Source: Adineta vaga (lineage: Eukaryota > Animalia > Rotifera). From it: a stretch of DNA of 64,000 bases. The stretch's first letter is position 1. Every line of letters starts with the position of its first letter. The notes beneath the pieces were generated by a model. It was not told the DNA's origin, ran no database searches, and was given only the letters and a program-made list of their open reading frames with translations. This document shows, piece by piece, positions 22,833 through 34,393 of the stretch. Location of the stretch: assembly GCA_021613535.1 (NCBI GenBank), contig CP075495.1, positions 14,074,001-14,138,000 on the forward strand, read 5' to 3'. The position numbers and the translations under genes were made by a program.

Positions 22833-25800
22833 ATTGTGAACAGAATATTATGAATCTTGTCAATAATAAATCAGAAATAATGGATATCTGAAATTATAAT
22901 GTTTTCATGATAGAAAGCGGAATTATTTAGCATTTTATTTCTAATTTTATATCATTCTCTAACAATAAACGCTTTATTTCTTTATTAAGGAACATTCACT
23001 TGATTATGTGGTTTGTATCTTTGAGAGTAGATCTAATTTAGAAACTGATGTGATTAATAAAGTAGATGAATACAAATGTTTTCACATGAGCACAGAGATT
23101 CTATTAGTATAACTCCAAATATTTAAAAACCAGTGTAAAAGTGTGAAAAAAATAACTTGAATAAAATGTGTCACAAAGGAATGTTGTGTGTGTAACTCAT
23201 TTTCAGAAGTGTCTTCCTTCTCTCTCATTTACAAATATTTGCCTATCATGGCATATTGATGAACGAGAAAAACCTGCTAACTAAATGAATAGCTATCCGT
23301 AAATTTAACTGCGACATACTTCTCACATAAATTATCAGAGAACTTGCATTGACGAACGTACTTTTTCGATAATAACAAATGACATTTATTTACTCTTCTG
23401 GTTTTCTTATGAATTCTAAGTATAAGGTAAGAGTCGAAATAACATATTTTAATTATATTTCACCATGGTAAACCATGAACTCTAGCAAATGCAACAAAAT
23501 GCTTCAATGAATAAGAAGGAACGTATTCTATTAATCTGTTTATATCATGCTAATATTTACTTACTTCAATCCTGATTTAGCGAGAGACGTCAATGTAATT
23601 CATTTCGAAAATAACTAATGATATATTAAATTGTTGACAGCTTTAAAAGTAAAAATCAAATAGCTGAAAATAATGTCTTTCCGTCTTACTTTGCATTGAA
23701 TAACATATGTGATCAAACAGTAGATGTTTCCATGTGTACAAAGTATACCTCTTCACATATAAAATAAATAAATTACTACTCACAGAAAAAAAAACATCAG
23801 TTGATGAATGTTATTTATATTAACAATAGAAAATTTTAATACATTAAGATTTATGCAGTTGCATGAAATGACAAATATCTTTCTCTGCGAACCTTTGCTG
23901 TATATTTAATTTTTATCTTGGAAACTTCAGATTCTGAATGAATCCATCATTTTAATATAAGTTATTGTTTTCTCCCTTGATAAAGTAGCTAAGATGAAAA
24001 GATTCAGGATGTAATAAATGATTATAATATCATGTCTTTTTCTGTTAAATAGGTTTTCAGCAATCGATAGATGTGACACAATCTTACATTTTTTTAATCG
24101 TTTTTCTATTCAGTTTTAAAACTGAGTCTCATGTCAAAACGACAACAGAATTATTTTGATTCTGCTATTCATCATATGAATACGATAAATACGATGCATA
24201 TTGCTTTCATGACTCATGATGTCAGAACTGTACATTAATTCATTTCGATCGGGAAGAAACAAAGAGTATGAGTTTCAAAAACATTCATACTTATAAAAAC
24301 AGTTAAAGTGCATTTCTAGCATAATACAAAAAATTCAAACAATCGATTCTTTTTCTTTTCAAAAGAAATCTCTATTATTGATGTGAAACATATAGTAAAC
24401 ACAAATGAAATCATTATTTGATCACTGAAACAAAAATGTCGGTTCGATCCATTGTTTGATATCTATGGTTACTTCAATCATAAAAGTATAGGATGAATTT
24501 TTCATTTTTTAAAAATGAAAAAATTGATTATCTTCTATGATTGATATATTTTTGACATGTTTATTCTTAGATCACAACCTTTCCTTTTGACATATGTCCA
24601 TTAATCGTATTGGTTATATTGTTTGAGTTGTATTCATGATTGAAACGATTGACAAAATCAATCATTTGAAAAGACTAAAGTATGAACATATGTGATAGTA
24701 GATTTCATAGAAACTCATTAACAAAATGTTCTCATCATCTGTATATTTCATCAGATTGAATATCAACTGAACAACAATGATTCCCAATGGGAATATTGAA
24801 ATATTTTCTTTTCTCATCATCTTTATTGACAAACATTCTTGTCGTTTTCTTTTGTATCTTGAAAAGCTTTATAATATAGAAATGAAAGGTGTGTGATTCA
24901 ATTAGAAATCGATTAACAGTACATCTTATGCATACATCGATCTAACGGCGGGAAAATCAACAATCACATGTATGTCAAACATAGACATTTGTTGTTTGTT
25001 TGACAACTGTTCGCTTTTTTTCCTTCTCTTTTGCATTTTTAATATCATCATCATCTCAGTGTGAATCCTCCGTATGGAGCTGTCTTTCTGTCGTTTCAAA
25101 TGTGTGTTCATGTACGTATTCATTTCTTTTTCTCTCTTATCTATTTCATATGTATATTGATTTGTTCTCGAGAGTCGAATGCAGGTGCACGACGCCATAG
25201 GCTATTTCCATATTCAATATGCTGCACAATTCTTATATAAACAAAGAATAAGAAACTGGTAACACCTGATGAGAGAATACATGAAAATTCATCTTCAATA
25301 TAGCATCAATTGATTGTATGTTTCTCTCTCTTTCTCTTGCTCTTTCAGCGATAGAGAGCAACAAAAGAGAAATGTTCACAGCATTCCAATCAGAAAATCA
25401 ACCATTGGAGAAGCGAAAAGACAGAGAGAAAAAGAAAGATGAAGAAGAAAAAAGAAGAAGAAGAAGACAACAGATTGAAGCTTAGTGTTTACATATCTCT
25501 ATTGCTTTCAGTGCATAATATACCACGATCATTGACGATCAAGCAACAATATCACTAGATCAGTTCACTTGTTTTATTTTCGAATCAATCAAGTAAGCAT
25601 TTGTTTTCCTATTCCAATAAATAAATTGTTAAAAATCATAAATGAAACTATTGCCACTGTTTTCTTTTTGTAATAGAAAGAAAAAGCATGATATATCTAA
25701 TTTTAATATACAGCTGTTCGAAACACTCTAGACTAAAGCCGATCATCTTACATCTTTTCACACGGGAGATGCCGATAGACAAACATGTCATGCATACGTT

Positions 25801-27134
25801 AAACCGTTTACAATTCTCATATTCGTTTTTTTGCGTCAACAGCTGTCAGCAAAAAATAACATCAATTCGATTCGATCGTCTATCAGTCTTTTCATTCACT
25901 CATTTTTTACCCATTCTATTTTGTTTTAGTCAAAGTGAGAATATGTACTCATGCAACTTCTGTTCTAATTCTCCAAAGAGAACCAAATGGTCTCTTCGTA
26001 AAAATAAAAAACATATGTTCGATATTCTCTTCTCTCTATTTGCCGCTTTCACTCGGCTAATTTTTAACTTATGGTCTTCTTTCTTTTTTTCCCCTGAAGT
26101 TCATCTCTAAAACAGATGTCTTTCTTCTGAAATCAAACAATGATGATTTTTCCAAGAAATTTTCTTCGTCGTCACACAAGTGAAGATATGATTGATGGAG
26201 TTGTCGATTGTGACCATTACAAAGCTGGCATCTCTAACCTTTTCTATCTATCTATTGTATGTATGTATGCGAAGCAATCGTTGATAGTAAAGTAAAGCAA
26301 ATCGTTTTGTTTGATTGATACGTGTTAACCTTTTGTGCAGCTGCTACTATGCATATGGATGCACGCGTAAGATAGACAACAGACCAGATACCTGTCCATT
26401 CTTTTTTCTTTCCTTTTTTTCTCTCTTGTTCGTTTTCTTGTAACATCTGCATTAATCGTATGTTTATTCATTAAGGATTTTGCAGCTGCATAGAAACAGA
26501 TGACGCTATGAAGAAGAGACGAACACGACGATGATGATGTTCAAAGAAAGAGAGAGAGAGAAAAAGAAAAGAGAAAAGAGAGATGAAAATTGCATTTTGT
26601 CACATGGCGCGACTAATCCTTATACAAATACATATATATATGTACGTTGCCGTCATCGTCGCGTCAGAGAATTGAAGTTATATTGTTTGAAGTGAAAGAA
26701 ATGAGCATCGAGAGATTCGGCGCCGGTTGGGTTACTTAAAAGAAAGATGATCTGTATCGCATTCGACATTCTCATTGTTGCCTTTTTTTGTCTATTAAGT
26801 GTTTGACGTAAGACAAACGTATACTTACACTAAAAATGGATGTATCGAGAGGGAGATATATAGATACAGAGAAAAAGAATAATAATGACAGATTAGATAG
26901 CATAGTGTATATGTTTCTTCTCGTCTTTCTTCTTCTTCTTCTTCTTCTTCATCAATACATGCGTATGTAGACAGATAAATAGATAGACAGACAGACGAAT
27001 GAGTTCTATTGAATGTTGTTGTAAGTTGAGTAGGATAGAAATTGATTGATAGTCATTAACTTCTCTCTTTGTCTTTTCCATTCACTATTTCTATTTTTTA
27101 ATTGTTGATTTTCTTTATTCTAGATTATTAGATC

Positions 27135-27506
27135 ATGACATCGATTAATGGTGAAGATAATTATTATGAATTAGGACAAGAATTTCAAAAACTTGCTCAA
27201 CTTGTTCCAACAATTCCTAAAGATGAATGTTTATCTGAACTCGAATTTCTTGAATTTGTAATTGCTTATATTCGACAATTACAACAACTTCTTTCACATG
27301 ATCAATGGAGTGAATGTTTAAATAAATTAGCATCATCAATGAAAACATCTTTACTAGCAACATCACCATCATCTTCAACCCATACAACAAATCTTTTCAA
27401 TCAATTTCTACTCGAATCACCACGAACACAAACAAATGAAAATTCATCAACAATTCGTCGAAGTCCATTGGCAACAATTAATTTAGACAATACTCGATTA
27501 TCTTGA
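27135..27506 (+). CDS. Id/extramacrochaetae-type HLH protein lacking a basic region
   Basis: FQKLAQLVPTIPKDECLSELEFLEFVIAYIRQLQ follows the Id pattern YSKLKELVP-P----S--EILQHVIDYI-DLQ. The residues before helix 1 are acidic, not basic. Confidence 0.75.
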   Translation: MTSINGEDNYYELGQEFQKLAQLVPTIPKDECLSELEFLEFVIAYIRQLQQLLSHDQWSECLNKLASSMKTSLLATSPSSSTHTTNLFNQFLLESPRTQTNENSSTIRRSPLATINLDNTRLS

Positions 27507-28158
27507 ACAGTATATATGTATACATATCGTCTTTACTAATATAAATATGTGTGCGTGTATCTGTCTGTCTATTTTGTTGTTCATCCATTCTTCTTAAACT
27601 TATCAGTTTGTCTATCTATTCTGTCTTGATTTCAATTGAAAAGGAACCAAAAACGAAAATTATCGTTTTTAAAAAGTATACGAACTAGTTTATATAGCAT
27701 TCATGATGATTCTAGTCGGATTTCGATCCTGCTGTATCCATCTAAAGTGGGGGATGACAAGCCATTTTCTTCTCAATCTTTGTTTCATATTTGACAATAA
27801 GTGATGGCACGTGCAGTCGAAAATACGAGCATGCGACATGTTGATGGAATCTGAAATATTTTCTTGTTGTTTTTTATACTATAGAAAAAACTTCTATTGA
27901 ATCTATGACATTTTTGCTTTCTGTACAAGATAAAATTATAAAAAGAAGTTGTTCTTCGAAGATTTTTACCTCAGAATTTGTTTTAATGTGTGTGTATGTG
28001 TGCGTTCTCTCGTTTGATGAATGAGTCATGGACAACAGGAATATTTCATTGCGAGTCGTGTCGCAGAAAAAAGAAACCAGTTTACGAGCAATGTTGGCAT
28101 TTTCCAAATTGGTTTTTGAAAATTTTGATGATTGATTTTAGAAATTTGAAATCGATAT

Positions 28159-29884
28159 ATGGCTGAAGCATTTACAATGACAGTTCCTTGTGAACATTGT
28201 GAATCTCAAATTAGTCTTGAGAATTATGTTGCACATACAGTAGGTCATTAATATTTGATCCATGTTTGTTACTATTTGAATACAATCGATTCTAGAAAAA
28301 ATGTACTGGTAATATAAAGAGTCAAATTCGAAGCAAACAAGGGTAATATATTGATTGACAATTTAATAGCTTACGATTTCATTTCAGAAAAATTGAAAAT
28401 AACAATTCCGATACTGATCAAATTCCATGTGAATACTGTGATACGCAAGTTAATATGAAAGATTTAGAAATACATACAGTAACTATTTAGATATTATATA
28501 CCTATACGACTTGTGATATTTTCATCGTATTATAGAAACAATGTGCCATTGAATATCAGCGCATAATGGAAGAAACACGGAAATTTGAAAAGTAATTGCA
28601 AATCGATTGAAATATGTTTGATTTTTATATATTTGTAGAAATGAAACAGTACTAATTCCATGTGAATACTGCGATTCTCCAGTCAAAGCTGAAAACTGGG
28701 AATGGCATTCAGTAAGACATTCTGTTACTTTATTCTTCTCTTTTTCTAGTTAAAGTTCGTTGAAAACGAATAAGATGCGTATTGTTTAATTATTTTGTAG
28801 AAAAAATGTGCCGAAGCAGAGAAACGACGAGCAGAAGAAGTATCTCAGTAAATAAATAATACCATATGATTTCTATTTAGTAATCATACATGTTTATTTT
28901 GTAGAAAAATAGCAGTTAGATTATCTAATGATCGTATTCCATGCAAATATTGTGGGAATCATTTTCGATTGCAAGCATTTGAAGAACATCAGGTAGTACA
29001 TAAATAGCTATATATGATATCATTTTCGATTTGTTTCAAAAGAAAAAATGTCGACGAGGTCAACTTCGAATAGTTTCTCGACCGGTAGATAGTAACATTA
29101 CTGTACCAGAGCAATGGGATCAATCTTCAACGAGCAATCTCGCTCGATATACCTTAGATCCTGAATCGGAAGAATACAAATCTATTGCAGATAACTTTCA
29201 TAAAACATTACCAACATGTAAAATTAATCAAATTGAACGTATTCAAAATCGACGTAAGTATGTATATTTATTGGATTGATCATTAAATTATCGGTTTTAT
29301 TAACATAGGTTGGTTTCGTCAGTATGAAGCTCATAAAGATTATTTTATTGAAAGATATAGTAAAAGTACAGAACAATGGTTGTTTCATGGTAAGTGAAGT
29401 ATTCTTTATCATTCATATTTTCTACTCTAAAATTGATAGGTTGTCGTCGATCAGAATCCGCTGAAGCCATCATTCAGGATTGTTTTAATCGTAGTCATGC
29501 AGTGAATTGTGGTAAGCTACACGTTTTCTTCTGAGAAACTTTATAGAACAGAAAATAATTGTCATTTCTATCGATTGAATATAGCTGCTGGTCAAGGTAT
29601 TTACTTTGCTATACAATCTTATACCAGTCATCGTTATACATCTCCTGATGCGAATGGATTGAGATACATGTTTATGGGTAAGACTTGACGATTATGAATG
29701 TTAATCGACAAAATGCTGATTATGTTTCTTCTGTTCAGCTCGTGTATTAATTGGTAAAACAACTGTTGGAAGTCCATCAACTCGAGTTTGTCCTCCTGGT
29801 TTCGATACGACAGGTGCTCGTGGTATATATGTAACTTATCATGATGCACAAGCATACGGACAATATTTAATTACATATTCATAA
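28159..29884 (+). CDS. Mono-ADP-ribosyltransferase (PARP catalytic domain) with four N-terminal C-x2-C-x11-H-x3-C zinc fingers; multi-exon
   Basis: Fingers VPCEHC, IPCEYC (twice) and IPCKYC; PARP motifs VPEQWD, IERIQN, EQWLFHG, GQGIYFA, MFMARVLIG, IYVTYHDAQAYGQYLITY. Confidence 0.88.
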
Positions 29885-30591
29885 TTTACAACCGATTCAT
29901 ATCGTCTTCATACATCAACTGAATAATTTCTTGTTGCTTAAAAAACTTTACAGATATTCTGATATGAATCATAAAAAGATTTTCTTGTAGAAAAGAAGAT
30001 GAAATAAAACTAATAAATCATAAGTGTTCTAGTGAAATGCAATTGATTATATATATATATATATATCATGTTATAGCTTATAATAAAACAAAACAAGACA
30101 TCGACACCCTTGTTTAGTTGAGTATGCTTTTGGCGATTCTATTATTATATGCTAATATAATTTCCTTCCTTCCGGTTAGGTGCATTTGTTCGTTCACATG
30201 CACTTTGGCTTTTTCTAACAATGCATTGTTCATGGCATATGTTGTCGCCAATAGATGGCAGTACTAGTCAATTGAAAAAATCAATCTTAAATAGGAAAAA
30301 AACATGTTTGAAATTTATTTTTAAAGATAATAAAAACGATTTTGATTATTATTTTCATTGAATAAAAGTTCAAATAAAAAATAAATAAAATAATGCAATG
30401 ACTTTTCATGTAAACAATAAACAATAGCTGAACATTTGTCAATGTATTCTTTCCTTTAGTAAAGGGAACATTTTCTAATTCTTTTCTTTTTTTTTTCTTT
30501 TCTTCGGTTAACTGTCAAGATCGACAGTTAGTCCTTTGGGATGATGATGACCTTGTAATATTTCTTCTTCAGATCACAATCTTCTTACAAT

Positions 30592-31964
30592 ATGGTTGCT
30601 ACATATGGACAACGACAACGAGTAGAAATTTTGTTTATTTACTTAGAAATAATATGAGATCCTTCTTTTTTTGTTTTGTTTTATTAGAGTAAACTTCGAT
30701 TTCTCATGGGTATCAATGGTCTTTTATTAGCCTTAGCTATCTTTATTATTATATCTATGTCAATCTATTGGGGTTTTTTTGAAGAATGGACGATTTGGAC
30801 AGATTACACAATGGCTTGGGTATGATTCAGTTTTCTTACGAAATACAAATGATTGATTCTGATTTTGTTTAGGTTGAATTCAATTTTTTTATCTATTATT
30901 GGGATCGTTTGACTATCACTCGTACTTATCTTGCATTTATTTATATTTATGGTTTTGTTCTTTTGATAAGTAAGAAATTTCATAAGAAAGAGAAATGAAT
31001 TTTTTATTTATCGTCTTTGAATTTTCAGTTATTGTTTTACAAATTCATGCATTTCGTCGTCGAAATATATTTCTTATGGAATATGTTCCATATTCTTTGT
31101 TTGCTTTATCATTAACGATCTTGGGTGGTTTAGTGTTGGTTTGCTGTAACAATGATTAATATGAATGCCGGTTTTTTAACAAAAGAAACATTTTTACTGG
31201 AAAGACTTCGATTTAAAGGAAATGCTTTTAAAGAATTAAAATATCGAGAAGAATCATTTCAATTAGTTACATCAGGTCGTGTACCGCCACGTGTTTTTAT
31301 ATTAACAGCTTTTGTTAATCAGTAAGAAAAAAAAAGTATTCAACGAAATTCACTATTGTTCTTTCGAAATACTTTAGACGTCAACGCGATTTTCATTGTT
31401 GTGGTTGGAATTCTTATTTAGATTATGCAAATTCAATGAAAACTGATCTACCTGATACATGTTGTCATAAAGTATAGATTTATCGATTAAAGTTTCTTTG
31501 TATTTTCTTTTCTTTTTTCATTCTAGTATGAAACACGTTTTGGTTGTGGAAAAAATATGTTAATTAATCCTGATCCAAAAATTGTCAATACACGTGGTTG
31601 TGGTCCATTAATGATATATTGGTATCGGCGAGGATTTTGGGAGAATATTTTTATGGGTTTATTTGGTATATTTACTGGTGTTTATGTTTTATTTGTATTT
31701 CAACAAAATCGAAATGAATTTATACATTTACGTGATGAATGTGATGATCGTAAACGTATTTTATATTCGCATTCCATGGCATCGCTTCGTTCAATGAATA
31801 GTAATCCAATGAAACAACAAATGAAATCAGGTTTACCACGTTATTCATATAATGGTATGCGTGGTTCGCCATCCTATGGTGGTACATCAACTGGCTATGA
31901 TTCAGATAACAATAGTGCAAGTGTTCTTTATCAACCACGTGTTGGATATAATCCAAAAATTTAA
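30592..31964 (+). CDS. Divergent tetraspanin, multi-exon
   Basis: Four hydrophobic segments; EC2 motifs QRDFHCCGW, LPDTCC and TRGC before TM4; long C-terminal tail. Confidence 0.8.
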
Positions 31965-32125
31965 TGAAATCAATTATTTGTATTTGATGCTTTTTTTCTC
32001 TCTCTCTTGTATTTGTAGATACATTTTACTGTAGTCAATTTCTTCTCATGTCAGATATTTACTCTCAATAATTGCATTCCATTTATCCGTATTGATTATT
32101 GTTTGTTTTGAAATTTGTAGATGAG

Positions 32126-34036
32126 ATGTTAGCTCAACATGAATATGATAATTCATCATCTCAAAAAAGTTGTTATAGTAGTGATACCAATGCAACAGTA
32201 TCAGTAGTACGACGATATTTAACAACAACGACAACAAATGTTATTTCATCGGCATCACGTGTACAAAATTCCATACCAAATATCAAAGTTCAATCATGTA
32301 CAAAAGACTTTCTCGAAAATCATTTTCGTGATGTAAGATAAATATTTTTGTGTTTTTTGTTTTTCTTCAATATTTTCATATAGGCCTATCCAATGTTTAA
32401 AAATCCTCGTGGACAATGTTTAATTATTAATGTATATAATATCAATGGAGCTATACGTCGTTGGTCGGATTTAGATGTGAAACTATTGAGTGATCTTTTT
32501 CGTCAATTATATTTCAATGTGATTGTTTATTCGGATTTTAATGGAGATGATCTAGGAGCTGAGGTAATAATTTAAAAATATTATTGATTTTAATAACTTT
32601 CTTTCATGACTTGTAGAATTTTATGAAAATTTTGAAACAATTCTCTCAATCAAAAGACCATGCTAATGCTCAATGTTGTATTGTATGTTTAATGAGCCAT
32701 GGAGAAGAAGGTTCATTAACAGTACAAGATGGAAAAAAAGTACATGTTTTTCTTTATGAGCAACATTCTTGAATAATAATGATATCTTTTTTTAGATCTA
32801 TCATGACCATGTTTTTGATCTATTCAGTAATGCTAATTGTCCAAATTTGGCTGGTAAACCAAAACTTTTCTTTATTCAATGTTGTCGAGATGGTAAATAA
32901 CCAAATCTTTTATTTTTTCAATAAGAATATAAATTGATTCAACTTTTAATTTAGATCCGGGTGTTGGACCTGTTGATGATGTTGGTTGTCATGTTCAAAT
33001 ACCATCAAATCCATTATATGATGATTTAGTCTTTGATGATGATGATGAATGTGATAGTATGCAACGACATCATTTGCCAACAATGACTGATATGCTCATT
33101 GCATTTCCTTCTCAAAAAGGTATACTGATTATTCTATTCAATTGAAATAATTCTTCAAAAAAAAATCTAATAGGTTTTACGGCATTTCGTAAACCACATG
33201 TGGGTAGTTGGTATATGAATGCTCTTGTTGATATCTTAGCACGACATGCTAAAGATACTGATCTCTGTTCAATGTTAAATATGGTTAATGGTTGTGTATC
33301 ACGTGAAGTAACAAATAAAGGAAAGAAACAAACAGCTGAATATAAATCATCATTTACAAAAAAAGCTTTCTATTTTTTTCCGGGTAAAGATTTCAAGTGT
33401 TTAATTGAATTTTTCTAGTTAGAGTTTTTTTCTTCTTCAAGGTTTAACGGGCAATCCAATTGCACCAATCGATTATTGTAAGTAAAACTTAGAAGAAGAG
33501 TTTCTGTTAACTTTCATCTTCTTTTTTTTTTCTTCCCTCTAAATAGCAATTCATTCTCGAAATGATGTGAAACGAAATGAAATGCCAACGAATCAAGTTG
33601 ATGATCATCAACATGATAGTTCATCGATTAATTACGAAACAATAAAAACATTTTTTATTGAAAATCTTTTGGATAAATGGAAATTTCTTGCACGAGAACT
33701 AGATGTAAATGAAAATGATATTGAAATGATTTCACGTGAAAATGTTTCACTAAAAGAAAAATTTTCACAAGTAAATTTTCATTTTTCTTATTCATTTAGA
33801 TTAATAGTCTTGATTTATTTCCTAGATTTTAGATATTGTTGCAAATAATCGTGAGAATAATCTTCGTCAAATACTCATTGATATGTTTAAAAGTCTCAAA
33901 CAATGTCGACGAATGTCCCATTATTGTAAATTTTTTCTTCTTCTCCTTCCTTTTTATTCCACGTCATTATTTTCATTGTGTTTTTTTAGATCAACTTCGA
34001 GAAATACTCGCACCGTTTTATTCCGATTTACAATAA
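32126..34036 (+). CDS. Caspase (peptidase C14A, caspase-2/9-like core) with a C-terminal death domain; multi-exon
   Basis: [59 protein letters not shown]. Splicing stays in frame through exon 33442-33477 into [22 protein letters not shown]. Confidence 0.88.
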
Positions 34037-34393
34037 GTGTATTCATCCGTCCATAATGTGTGTTTTCTTTTTGTTTTCAGTATTTTATTGTTCATTTGTA
34101 CATAATTGTGAATGTATGTGTTTTTCTAAATCATTCGTTTTCTTGTTCTTTTTTATTGTCGTCTGATTATATAACTCTTGTGTTCTCGAGATAGTTCATA
34201 ATGCCAGGAAGAAAAGAAAAGAAAAGAAAAAAAAATGAAGAGAACAAAAAGAAAACTGACGCGTTCAATAAATCATATTTCCTCGTTTCTCGCTCATCGT
34301 CAGAAGGAATGAGAATGCTTTCATACAATAGATTGCCTCTTCTTTTGTTCATTCTAGATTCATTTGATTTTCAATTCCATAAAATCAAAAATC

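Noticed and set aside
24926-27081. Short ORFs upstream of the Id-like gene
   Set aside because: They derive from microsatellite and low-complexity sequence, with no splice-consistent model or homology cue.
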